Shown here in pieces: positions 50,379 to 59,449 of a stretch of DNA of 64,000 nucleotides. The position numbers and the translations under genes were made by a program. How positions within the stretch are numbered: the first letter of the stretch is position 1; every line of letters begins with the position of its first letter. Where the stretch lies: the NCBI GenBank assembly GCA_017621705.1, contig JAGASR010000036.1, forward strand, positions 6,837-70,836. Direction: 5' to 3'. A model generated the notes under the pieces. That model did no database searches, was not told where the DNA came from, and saw only the letters and a list, made by a program, of their open reading frames with translations. This DNA is from Clostridia bacterium (GTDB lineage: Bacteria > Bacillota > Clostridia > Oscillospirales > UBA644).

Positions 50379-51800
50379 ATGCTTTTCAGCTCTCTTTTAT
50401 TTCTATTCTGCTTTTTGCCGATAACGCTGTTCCTCTATTTTATAATGCCCAGAGGCAAGAAAAATGTATGGAAAAACACTGTTCTTTTCGTGGTTTCCAT
50501 TATTTTCTATGCGTGGGGGGAACCGACGTATATTCTTCTGATGCTGTTTACGATCCTGCACAACTACATATTTGCTCTGTTTATAGACAAATACAGGCAG
50601 ACGAAACCGCACATTGCAAAGACACTGATAATTGTATCGGTCATTTTAAACCTCGGATGCCTCGGATTTTTCAAATACAGCAATTTCTTTATCGATAATA
50701 TAAACAATATTTTCGGGTTAGGCATTAAATTCCTTGAAGTCGTTCTCCCCATAGGTATTTCGTTCTACACTTTCCAGACAATGTCTTATACAATAGACGT
50801 TTACCGCGGAGCGACCTCTGTTCAGAGAAATCTTATCAGCTTCGGCGCATACGTAACGCTCTTTCCGCAGCTTATCGCAGGCCCGATCGTTCAGTATAAA
50901 ACCATTGCGGAACAGCTTGATAACAGAACCGATGAGATGAAAACTTTCGGCGACGGCATAAAGATTTTCTCTGTAGGTCTTGCAAAAAAGGTCCTTCTCG
51001 CAAACAATATCGGCGCTCTCTGGACGACCGTTTCGGAACTTCCGCAATCCGAACTTACCGTTATGACGGCATGGCTCGGTATTATTGCTTTTGCATTCCA
51101 AATCTATTTTGACTTTTCGGGTTACTCCGATATGGCTATCGGTCTCGGCAGAATGTTCGGCTTTGAGTTCTGCATGAACTTCAACTATCCGTATATTTCC
51201 CAGTCTGCTACAGAATTCTGGAGAAGATGGCATATGTCTCTCGGCGCATGGTTCCGCGAATATCTTTATATTCCTCTCGGCGGAAACAGAGTAGCTAAAT
51301 GGAAATTCTTCAGAAACATCTTTATTGTCTGGTTCTGCACGGGTTTCTGGCACGGTGCAGGTTGGAACTTCATTATCTGGGGCCTTTACTTCGGCGTGCT
51401 TCTCGTAATCGAAAAACAGTTCCTTCTCAAATGGATGGAAAAGATTCCGAGAGTTTTCAGACATATTTATCTTCTCGTTATCGTTCTTATAAGCTGGGTA
51501 TTCTTTGCGATCGAAGATATGTCGGTCTGCGGAAAATATCTTGCGACAATGTTCGGCTTCGGCGGTGTTCCGTTTGCGGACGAACGATTTGTTTATCTGC
51601 TTTTGACGAATGCTGTGATCCTTGTTGTTCTTATTTTTGCGGCAATGCCGACCTTACCGTATATCAAAAACAAACTCATGCCCAAATACGGAAAAGCTCT
51701 GGAGATCGCTGCGATCCCGGCATCACTTGTAATATGGTTTCTTGTTACGGCAAGCCTTGTTTCCGGCAGCTTTAACCCGTTCTTATACTTCAGATTCTAA
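50379..51800 (+). CDS. MBOAT family O-acyltransferase (AlgI/DltB/PatA-like)
   Basis: Polytopic. Conserved FWRRWHMSLGAWFREYLYIPLGGNR block with catalytic His. RBS AAGGAGA. Confidence 0.9.
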   Translation: MLFSSLLFLFCFLPITLFLYFIMPRGKKNVWKNTVLFVVSIIFYAWGEPTYILLMLFTILHNYIFALFIDKYRQTKPHIAKTLIIVSVILNLGCLGFFKYSNFFIDNINNIFGLGIKFLEVVLPIGISFYTFQTMSYTIDVYRGATSVQRNLISFGAYVTLFPQLIAGPIVQYKTIAEQLDNRTDEMKTFGDGIKIFSVGLAKKVLLANNIGALWTTVSELPQSELTVMTAWLGIIAFAFQIYFDFSGYSDMAIGLGRMFGFEFCMNFNYPYISQSATEFWRRWHMSLGAWFREYLYIPLGGNRVAKWKFFRNIFIVWFCTGFWHGAGWNFIIWGLYFGVLLVIEKQFLLKWMEKIPRVFRHIYLLVIVLISWVFFAIEDMSVCGKYLATMFGFGGVPFADERFVYLLLTNAVILVVLIFAAMPTLPYIKNKLMPKYGKALEIAAIPASLVIWFLVTASLVSGSFNPFLYFRF

Positions 51801-51811
51801 ACTAAAACATC

Positions 51812-53167
51812 ATGAAAACGAAAACAATTTACGTCTGCTCCGAATGCGGAGCAGCAAGCCCCAAATGGTCGGGTAAATGCCCCGAATGCGGCGCATGGAA
51901 CACTCTTAACGAAGAGATCGTATCTGAAAAACCCGAAAAATCGGTAAAAAAGACCGCGGCGAGCGCGGTAAACGGAAACATTCCAGTTAAGCTTAAAGAA
52001 ATAACGGGAAAAGAAGAAGCACGAATGTCTACGGGCATCGGTGAGCTTGACAGAGTCCTCGGCGGCGGTATAGTCAAAGGTTCTCTGGTGCTTGTTTCGG
52101 GCGAACCGGGTATCGGTAAATCGACGATCCTTCTTCAGATCTGCGAACAGCTCGGCGAAAGCATTTCGATACTTTACGTTTCGGGAGAAGAATCGCCGAA
52201 GCAGCTCAGACTGCGTGCGGACAGACTCGGCGTTAAAAGCGAAAATCTTTTTATACTTGCGCAGACTGATATAGAAACGATCTGCGAGCAGGCGGCGGAG
52301 AAAAATCCGGGGCTTGTTATCATCGACTCGATCCAGACGATGAGCCACGAAAGCGTATCATCCGCACCGGGTAGTGTTTCTCAGGTAAGAGAATGCACGG
52401 CGGCGCTGATGAGATTTGCGAAATCGAAAGAGATACCTGTTTTTATAGTCGGTCACGTCAATAAAGAAGGATCTATCGCAGGCCCGAAAGTTATGGAACA
52501 TATGGTAGACGCGGTTCTGTATTTCGAAGGCGAAAGAAATATTGAATACAGAATGCTCCGCGCCGTCAAAAACCGATTCGGCTCGACAAACGAGATCGGC
52601 GTTTTTGAAATGACGGGCACGGGACTCAAAGAGATCGGAAATCCGTCGGCAGTATTTTTGCAGGGCAAGCCCTCAAATATTTCAGGTATTGCGACGGTCT
52701 GCGTTCTTGAAGGCACCCGTCCGATAATCGCAGAAGTTCAGGCGCTCGTCGCCCCTACCCCGTTTCCTGCGCCGAGACGAGTTTCCGTCGGCTTTGATTA
52801 CGGCAGATTCAATCTCCTGATCGCAGTCCTCGAAAAGAGATGCAAAATGTTTTTCGGGACTTCGGACGTTTACATAAATGTCATCGGCGGTCTTCGCATC
52901 GACGAGCCTGCGGCAGACCTTGCGGTCGCTGTTGCTCTCGCATCGGGACTTAAAGATTTCATAATCCCCGAAGATACGATACTTATAGGCGAAGTCGGTC
53001 TTGCGGGAGAGATAAGAGCCGTGACAGCGCTTGAAAAGCGAGTTTCCGAAGCAAAAGCGCTCGGATTTAAGAGAGCTGTAATCCCTTCAAGAAACCGCAT
53101 AGATTTCAATTCGGAAATAGAACTTGTCCCCGTAGATAATATAAGAGACGTTTTCAATAAAATATAA
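51812..53167 (+). CDS. radA: DNA repair protein RadA/Sms
   Basis: Zn finger CSECGAASPKWSGKCPECGAWNT, Walker A GEPGIGKST, KNRFG motif, and Lon-protease-like C-terminal domain. Confidence 0.95.
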   Translation: MKTKTIYVCSECGAASPKWSGKCPECGAWNTLNEEIVSEKPEKSVKKTAASAVNGNIPVKLKEITGKEEARMSTGIGELDRVLGGGIVKGSLVLVSGEPGIGKSTILLQICEQLGESISILYVSGEESPKQLRLRADRLGVKSENLFILAQTDIETICEQAAEKNPGLVIIDSIQTMSHESVSSAPGSVSQVRECTAALMRFAKSKEIPVFIVGHVNKEGSIAGPKVMEHMVDAVLYFEGERNIEYRMLRAVKNRFGSTNEIGVFEMTGTGLKEIGNPSAVFLQGKPSNISGIATVCVLEGTRPIIAEVQALVAPTPFPAPRRVSVGFDYGRFNLLIAVLEKRCKMFFGTSDVYINVIGGLRIDEPAADLAVAVALASGLKDFIIPEDTILIGEVGLAGEIRAVTALEKRVSEAKALGFKRAVIPSRNRIDFNSEIELVPVDNIRDVFNKI

Positions 53168-53199
53168 AAAAAGAGCTGATCGTTTGATCAGCTCTTTTG
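53166..53199. terminator. bidirectional terminator
   Basis: AGAGCTGATC-gttt-GATCAGCTCT flanked by AAAAAA and TTTT. Confidence 0.8.
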
Positions 53200-53226
53200 G
53201 TTTACAGACAAACCATTTATAACTGT

Positions 53227-54300
53227 CTATATATTCTCCATATTGGCTATTTTCCAGCCGTTTTCGGTTTTTATCAGTATTATTTTATAATTCGAATGAT
53301 ATGTTTCAGTGGAATACTGCAGTTCAACGACATAATCAAAAGATATTTCCGCAAGGATTTGTGTATCGGTATATTCTTCATATCTGAGAATTTCAAAATT
53401 TTCCAACCCCGAATTTAAAATTTCAGGGTTATACATAGTCCAGGAACTGTTGAAATTTTCGACTACTTTTGCGTATTCTGAACCTTCAAGAACATATTGC
53501 AAATAATTATTCATTTCCTTTTCAAGAGAAATTACATGAATATATTCATTCATTGCCCTACGGAGAAAATCACACATATAGCGGTAATTAATTTCTTTTC
53601 TGGAAAAGATAAGAGATTTTTGATCATCACGGAAAACCTGAGTATACGGTTCTCCCAATATGGAAGTAACAGTAAAAATCGGTTCTTTTATAAATCCGTC
53701 AATTTCATAGGTTATATATTTCGGTGACTCAATTCCGTTTATTTCGGGATATTCGGAAACTGTTTCAGTTCTTATAATATATTTTTCGTCTACAGAAATA
53801 CCGTCTGCATAAAGAATATATCCGTTCGGTATTGTTACGGTATATTTCCCTAGAAAATCGAACGGTTCACAGCTCTCTATCTTCCATGTCTTAAACCCGT
53901 ATTTTGTTTTTTTATCAGATATTGAAAGAATTACATAGCCGAGGCGTTCACCGTTTCCGTAGATATTATATCTGACAGTATCCACACCCGAATGAGAAGA
54001 ACTTTCAAGGAATGTCAGATCTTTATTTTCGTAACGCTGACGCAGGACTGAAATACATTCTTCCGAACCCGCAAAGTCTGTCTGAACAAACTTTGAATAC
54101 ACAAAAGGATAGCTGTATTCTCCGTTTTCAATTTTTTTCAGATAATTTTCGACGACTTTGTACGGCTGACTTGATTCGAAGTCTTCAAGAACGGAGTTTG
54201 TAAACAGCAATCCGAAAATGCAGATCACGCAAAGAATCATTATAAAGCCAAGGTAAAATAACCAAAAAGCACTGATTTTCGTTTTTTTTCTATTCAACAT
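53227..54300 (-). CDS. membrane-anchored protein of unknown function
   Basis: ORF 53227..54321. Start moved to MLNRKKTKISAFWLFYLGFIMILCVICIFGLLF (ATG 54298-54300), 6 nt after GGAGG. Single N-terminal TM helix. A/T-rich. Confidence 0.65.
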   Translation of the reverse strand: MLNRKKTKISAFWLFYLGFIMILCVICIFGLLFTNSVLEDFESSQPYKVVENYLKKIENGEYSYPFVYSKFVQTDFAGSEECISVLRQRYENKDLTFLESSSHSGVDTVRYNIYGNGERLGYVILSISDKKTKYGFKTWKIESCEPFDFLGKYTVTIPNGYILYADGISVDEKYIIRTETVSEYPEINGIESPKYITYEIDGFIKEPIFTVTSILGEPYTQVFRDDQKSLIFSRKEINYRYMCDFLRRAMNEYIHVISLEKEMNNYLQYVLEGSEYAKVVENFNSSWTMYNPEILNSGLENFEILRYEEYTDTQILAEISFDYVVELQYSTETYHSNYKIILIKTENGWKIANMENI

Positions 54301-55297
54301 CCGGGACCTCCGAAACAGCAAAACAAGTGGGAATTCTGCCCGGACCGTAGAGAGAACAGCACTTTGTGACTATCTCCCCTTCATAGACCATAAGAGAAGA
54401 TGAACCGCCGTCGAGATTGCAGGCATTTACTGCACCGTATTTTACCATAACATCAATAAGATCCTGATACGTTGCACCCAAGCTCTGAGACTGTCTTCCG
54501 TCAATAACAAGAAGAAGAACTGCTCCGTCCGCACGCTGACCGATCGCGGTCCTAGGATTAAGACCGAGACTGAAACCGCTGACATTCGTCGGTTGTCCGT
54601 CCTTTATCAATATCGGCGAAAATGAAATCGCATCTCTTAATCCCATAGAGATTGCATCGTCGGCAGTCATTTTATCCACTATAAGCTTATTATCGGAATT
54701 AAACCCCACAATGGTATACGCTCTTGTTTCGTCACCGCAGAAAAGAATTTCTCCGTTGCTTATGACCACGCCCATTGGCATATCTCCGCCATTATCGGCA
54801 TACGCGCCACCGTTTATTGCCGCAACGGAATTGCTCGATTCCGCAAGTTCTTTTAATTTCATTCCTTTTCCGTTTTCCTGAAACGGTTGAGATGTTACTA
54901 CCGAAACTCTTGAAGGATCAGCAATTATCAACATTTTTCCGTTATAAGTTGATCCCGATATATTTACAAGCTCGATTTCCGGTCTCTTTTCTTCGGGAAT
55001 TTCAGTCACGACTTCCGAAACCGGTGGAATATCGTCCGAGTTCTCTTCATCGGGAGCGAAATCCACTCTGCCTATACCCTGCGTTATTTTCTCTATTTCT
55101 TCATCGGAAAGAAACCATTGAGCAAGAAATCTTCCGTTATAAGTTTCCATTACGGTTGAAACAAAAATATTTCTTGCCGCAACAGACGGACCGTAGTGAA
55201 TGCTTTTTAACACACCGAACATGAAAGAAACGCCGAAAACGCCTGCCGTAAAGCAGACGATAAATATTCTAAAAATAATTTTCAGTGTCTTTTTCAT
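54290..55297 (-). CDS. phosphodiester glycosidase family (DUF2233) protein, N-terminally anchored
   Basis: N-terminal TM helix. AINGGAYADNGG and ACNLDGGSSS motifs are typical of the family. Confidence 0.75.
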   Translation of the reverse strand: MKKTLKIIFRIFIVCFTAGVFGVSFMFGVLKSIHYGPSVAARNIFVSTVMETYNGRFLAQWFLSDEEIEKITQGIGRVDFAPDEENSDDIPPVSEVVTEIPEEKRPEIELVNISGSTYNGKMLIIADPSRVSVVTSQPFQENGKGMKLKELAESSNSVAAINGGAYADNGGDMPMGVVISNGEILFCGDETRAYTIVGFNSDNKLIVDKMTADDAISMGLRDAISFSPILIKDGQPTNVSGFSLGLNPRTAIGQRADGAVLLLVIDGRQSQSLGATYQDLIDVMVKYGAVNACNLDGGSSSLMVYEGEIVTKCCSLYGPGRIPTCFAVSEVPDVE

Positions 55298-55403
55298 GAT
55301 AACGATCCAGATAAAGCGTTTTTTTTTATTATAGCATATTATATCATTAATAGCAACAGATTACGTTAATTTCTCATACTTTTTTATAAGTTTCATTACA
55401 GAC

Positions 55404-55438
55404 AAAAAAGAACTGACTTTTTAAGTCAGTTCTTTTTA
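55404..55438. terminator. intrinsic terminator after the histidine kinase gene
   Basis: AGAACTGACTT-ttt-AAGTCAGTTCT flanked by A and T runs. Confidence 0.75.
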
Positions 55439-56659
55439 TCTAAAAATAATAGATATATTCAAAATCTTTCCGTTCGGTGAGAAAGCGGAAACTATAGCTT
55501 TATGAGTTTCAGCAATAGCCTTTGCAACCGAAAGACCTATTCCGTGACCGCCTGTTTTGGAATTACGGGAATTATCGGAGCGGACAAATCGGTCGAAAAG
55601 TCGGTCGTGATTCCCCGTGGAAATACCGTCCACCGTATTTTCAAAAGATAACACAGCGCCCCTGCCCTGTTTTTTTAACGAAACGATAATCTCCGCATTT
55701 TCGTTTGAGTATTTGACGGCATTATCCGCAAGGATCGAAACAAGCTGACGGAGCATCGGGTCATTGCCAATAACAGAAATATCGGCATCGATATGAGTAG
55801 TCAGCATTTTATCTTTTGAAGAAGCGAGAGTATAGAATGGTTCGAGACTTTCGATGACGATTTGAGAAAGAGAGACGTTATTCATCGCAGGCTCTTTGCC
55901 CTCTTCCATTCGGGAGAGAGTTATGAGATTCTGCGTTAAACCCGAAAGATTTTCAACTTGATTTTTGATGCTGTTTGTCCATTCGCTTTCGCCGTTTTCA
56001 GCCTCTATGACCTCGGCATTTGCGCTGATGATCGCAAGCGGTGTTTTGATCTCGTGACTTGCATCGGTTATAAATCTGCGCTGTTTTTCATAGCTTTCCG
56101 CGATCGGTCGGACAATCACGCCCGAAAAGATCAAAACAAGTATAAAAACAGCGGCAAGACCGATAACCGAAATAAAAATACCCGAAAAAGCAAAAGAACG
56201 GAAAGTCGAAAGCGATCGGAAACAATCGAGAAAGACTATTATCGATCCTTTTTCGGTATCAGCAAGACCAAAGCGGTAGTTGCTGTAAAAACCGCTGCTC
56301 TCGTCGTGTAAAAACACGTTTTTTGCCATTTCCTCGGCTTCCGAAATATCAATTGCGGCGACAAAATCTATGTCAAAAACAACGGGATTACCTTCTCTGT
56401 CGAGACGAACCGTAAAATAGCGTGTTTCAAACGGAGTTTCGGGGGAAAACGGTTTATGTTCAAACGGTTTTTTATCGGGAGAAAATTCGGCACGGGGAAA
56501 TCTTCCGTCGTTTGATAGGATCATATCAATGGTCGTATCGGCCGTCGAAACAAGATTAAAATAGTTGACGGTTATCATGCCGCCGATAATGACCGTCAAA
56601 ACAGCGGTAACTGCGAGCATTGCGGCAATTATAAATTTGCGGCGCATTTTTTTGATCAT
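55436..56659 (-). CDS. sensor histidine kinase
   Basis: Two TM helices. H-box FITDASHEIKTPLA, N box DNAVKY, G boxes GGHGIGLS. Confidence 0.9.
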   Translation of the reverse strand: MIKKMRRKFIIAAMLAVTAVLTVIIGGMITVNYFNLVSTADTTIDMILSNDGRFPRAEFSPDKKPFEHKPFSPETPFETRYFTVRLDREGNPVVFDIDFVAAIDISEAEEMAKNVFLHDESSGFYSNYRFGLADTEKGSIIVFLDCFRSLSTFRSFAFSGIFISVIGLAAVFILVLIFSGVIVRPIAESYEKQRRFITDASHEIKTPLAIISANAEVIEAENGESEWTNSIKNQVENLSGLTQNLITLSRMEEGKEPAMNNVSLSQIVIESLEPFYTLASSKDKMLTTHIDADISVIGNDPMLRQLVSILADNAVKYSNENAEIIVSLKKQGRGAVLSFENTVDGISTGNHDRLFDRFVRSDNSRNSKTGGHGIGLSVAKAIAETHKAIVSAFSPNGKILNISIIFR

Positions 56660-56674
56660 AAATTATACGCCACC

Positions 56675-57349
56675 TTACTGTTTTTCGACTGTATAGCCGG
56701 AATTTCGGACTGCAGTTATTCTGATATCGGAGCCTATTGCAGTCAGTTTTTTACGAAGATACGAAATATAAACCCAGACGACGTTTATTTCGGTTTCGCT
56801 GTCGTACCCCCATATTTTTTCCATGAAGCGTTCGGACGAAATGAGCTGTCCCGGATGAGAAATCAGCATCTGCATCATCTGAAATTCTTTGCTTGCAAGG
56901 CGAAGGGTGGTGAGCGGACCGGAAAGCTCAAAAGAAGAGGTATCGAGCGACGTATTGCCGAATCTCAAAACAGAGTCGGAAACCTCGGAAGAACGGCGCC
57001 TTAACATGGCGCGGATACGGGCAAGGAGCTCTTTTGAAGAATACGGCTTTGTCAGATAATCATCGGCGCCGCAATCGAGCCCTTCGACAAGATCGTCGGT
57101 TTCGGAGCGAGCCGTTAAAATAAGGACGGGAATATTATTGCCTTCGGCTCTTATCTGACGGAGAACAGAAAGCCCATCAAGTTTCGGCATCATGATATCG
57201 AGAATCGCGCCGTCATAGTCTCCGTTCTGCAAATAACAAAGGGCATCTTCGCCGTCATAAACAGCATCGACAGAATAATTATTATGTTTCAGGATCGCAA
57301 CAATAGCATTTGAAAGCTCTTTTTCGTCCTCGGCAAGAAGAAGTTTCAC
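56675..57349 (-). CDS. response regulator, OmpR/PhoB family (GTG start)
   Basis: Receiver domain (LLAEDE, ILDIMMPKLDG, LTA, K) plus winged-helix C-terminus (VWVYISYLRKKL). GTG at 57347-57349 after AAAGGGA. Confidence 0.9.
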   Translation of the reverse strand: MKLLLAEDEKELSNAIVAILKHNNYSVDAVYDGEDALCYLQNGDYDGAILDIMMPKLDGLSVLRQIRAEGNNIPVLILTARSETDDLVEGLDCGADDYLTKPYSSKELLARIRAMLRRRSSEVSDSVLRFGNTSLDTSSFELSGPLTTLRLASKEFQMMQMLISHPGQLISSERFMEKIWGYDSETEINVVWVYISYLRKKLTAIGSDIRITAVRNSGYTVEKQ

Positions 57350-57419
57350 AAATTACGTCCCTTTCTGATAAAAATACGCTGAAAAGCCCATGATTACCGA
57401 TTTTGAAACAAAAATCTTA

Positions 57420-57448
57420 TTGACAAAACCGAAAGTTCATGGTATACT
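57420..57448 (+). promoter_or_regulatory. sigmaA-type promoter of trxA
   Basis: TTGACA (57420-57425), 17 nt, TATACT (57443-57448). Confidence 0.7.
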
Positions 57449-57504
57449 TAAATTGATTTTACCATAATTAAAGTTTTTTGTCAATAAAAATAAGAGGTGC
57501 AAAA

Positions 57505-57813
57505 ATGGCATACGTAGTAATAACATCTGAAAATTTTGAAGCAGAAGTTCTCAAGTCCGAAAAACCCGTTCTCGTAGATTTCTGGGCAACATGGTGCGGC
57601 CCCTGCAGAATGATCGCTCCCATCGTTGAACAGATCGCAGATGAAAACGAGGATATCAAAGTATGTAAAGTTGACGTTGACGATCAGCCCGAACTCACTT
57701 CGAGCTTCGGTATCCAGAGCATTCCCACCCTTATCGTTTTCAAGAACGGCGAGATCGTAAACAAAGCAGTCGGCGCACGTTCCAAAGAAGACATTCTCGC
57801 AATGGTAAAATAA
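57505..57813 (+). CDS. trxA: thioredoxin
   Basis: Start moved to MAYVVITSENF after AAGAGGTG. Active site WATWCGPCRM. Confidence 0.95.
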   Translation: MAYVVITSENFEAEVLKSEKPVLVDFWATWCGPCRMIAPIVEQIADENEDIKVCKVDVDDQPELTSSFGIQSIPTLIVFKNGEIVNKAVGARSKEDILAMVK

Positions 57814-57817
57814 TCGG

Positions 57818-58396
57818 TTAAACAAGATTCAGACGCTTTTTGATCGCATTTGAAATGGCATAGACCGCATCCAGATTTCTCGGACGGCCTGTATCCGAAC
57901 TGTATGCAGAGCCGAATATTTCATTGAGAACAGACGGATCGCCGCGGTCGAATGCGACCGATAAGGCATAACGCATACTGCGCTCGATCTTAGAGACAGT
58001 TGTGTTATATTCGGAAGTCAAAACTGAATAGATATGTCCCGAAACATTTGTGTGATAATTTTCATTGACGGCATACATGACCGCAGTACGAAGATAGTAA
58101 AATCCGCGAACATTTTCGGGAATACCTATTTGTATGAGAAAATCGCCGACCGTCCTTTCCGAAACAATGATGTGTTGGTCTTCCGACCTGTTCCTGTTTC
58201 GCGGAATGAAATTCGAAAGGCAGTTTCCGACCTTTGACATCTCGATCGCACCGAACGGAATAACGAGATAGAACATATCATTTTCTCTGTTTTTTATAAT
58301 ATGTGCGTTCCCGAGAGAAACAATTTTCTCTCCCAACGATAAAATTTTACGCACGAACTTTCCCCCACAAACTTTTTTTCGAAAATAATCGAGCAT
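57818..58396 (-). CDS. Spo0A C-terminal (DNA-binding) domain protein without receiver domain; start uncertain
   Basis: C-terminal GFYYLRTAVMYAVNE...HIYSVLTSEYNTTVSKIERSMRYALSVAFDRGDP..LNEIFG...RPRNLDAVYAISNAIKKRL matches the Spo0A_C pattern. The ORF track start (TTG 58516) lies upstream of a canonical promoter, so the first ATG after it (58394-58396) is used. ATG 58274-58276 is also possible. Confidence 0.6.
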   Translation of the reverse strand: MLDYFRKKVCGGKFVRKILSLGEKIVSLGNAHIIKNRENDMFYLVIPFGAIEMSKVGNCLSNFIPRNRNRSEDQHIIVSERTVGDFLIQIGIPENVRGFYYLRTAVMYAVNENYHTNVSGHIYSVLTSEYNTTVSKIERSMRYALSVAFDRGDPSVLNEIFGSAYSSDTGRPRNLDAVYAISNAIKKRLNLV

Positions 58397-58448
58397 AACC
58401 GAAGATTTTCGACAAATATTTTCGCTGTTTTTCGCGTTTTCTACCTTA

Positions 58449-58477
58449 ATTATACCTTTTTTAACGCAATCTGTCAA
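58449..58477 (-). promoter_or_regulatory. sigmaA-type promoter inside the annotated 5' end of ORF 57818..58516
   Basis: Minus strand: TTGACA (58472-58477), 17 nt, TATAAT (58449-58454). Confidence 0.65.
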
Positions 58478-58528
58478 CAATAAACACAATGTAAAGCAAA
58501 ACACTTTTACAGACAATGAGGAGTAAAT

Positions 58529-59389
58529 ATGGATTTCAGAATTTCACTCACCGGAGATCTCGGCAGCGGCAAAAGCACTGTCGGTAAAATTCTTTCAGAA
58601 AAATACGATGCAAAAATCTATTCTACGGGTCCCATCATTCGCAAGATGGCAGAAGACAGGGGGCTTTCTGTAGGAGACTTCAACAAGCTCATGGAGTCTG
58701 ATCCGAAGATCGACAATGAAATGGACGACCGCCTCAAGCTTCTTTCAAAAGAACCCGGCAATCTTATTATCGACTCAAGAATGGCTTGGTTTTTTACGGA
58801 AGGAACATTCCGTGTCTATCTTGCAACCGCGATCGAAGAATCCGCAAAAAGAATTTTCAATGACCCCTCACGTAAATCCGAAACATTTAAAACAGTTGAA
58901 GAAGCTGAAAAAAAGATTCGTGAACGCAAACAGAGCGAAAATCTCAGATACAAAAACCTTTACGGCGCAGACTGCAGCTTTATGGGAAACTATGACCTTG
59001 TAGTTGATACTACCGCCTCCCCTGCCGAAGCGGCGGCTGAAATTATCAGCGAATCATACAAAAAATATCTGAACGGCGAAGAAACCGTTAAAATATATAT
59101 GTACGGCGGTCGTCTCCTTCCGACTTACGAAATCTCTGAAGAAGAAATCAAGACCGCAGTAGAAACTAAAGATGAGCCTCTCGATACACCCGTTAATATT
59201 ACGGTTTGCAACGGCGAGATGTTTATAACAAATAAAGAAGATGCAGTAAAAGCTCTTCGCTGTGTCGCTACTGGAAACAACCTCATTCCCTGTGTTGCAG
59301 AATACACGAACACTGCACTCGAAGTTGCAGACAATGCGAAAGCGAAATGGAAAAATACGGTAGACGAAATCAAGCCGAAGAAGAAATAA
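58529..59389 (+). CDS. cytidylate-kinase-like P-loop protein with ~100-aa C-terminal extension
   Basis: Walker A LTGDLGSGKSTVG. Cytidylate_kin2-like N-terminal ~180 aa and an extra C-terminal domain of unknown type. RBS GAGGAG. Confidence 0.65.
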   Translation: MDFRISLTGDLGSGKSTVGKILSEKYDAKIYSTGPIIRKMAEDRGLSVGDFNKLMESDPKIDNEMDDRLKLLSKEPGNLIIDSRMAWFFTEGTFRVYLATAIEESAKRIFNDPSRKSETFKTVEEAEKKIRERKQSENLRYKNLYGADCSFMGNYDLVVDTTASPAEAAAEIISESYKKYLNGEETVKIYMYGGRLLPTYEISEEEIKTAVETKDEPLDTPVNITVCNGEMFITNKEDAVKALRCVATGNNLIPCVAEYTNTALEVADNAKAKWKNTVDEIKPKKK

Positions 59390-59397
59390 TCACAAAA

Positions 59398-59432
59398 ACC
59401 ACCGGAAAATATATAAAAACCGGTGGTTTTAC
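59398..59432 (+). terminator. intrinsic terminator
   Basis: AACCACCGG-aaaatatataaaaa-CCGGTGGTT followed by TTT. Confidence 0.7.
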
Positions 59433-59449
59433 TTAAAGGAGATAAATTC

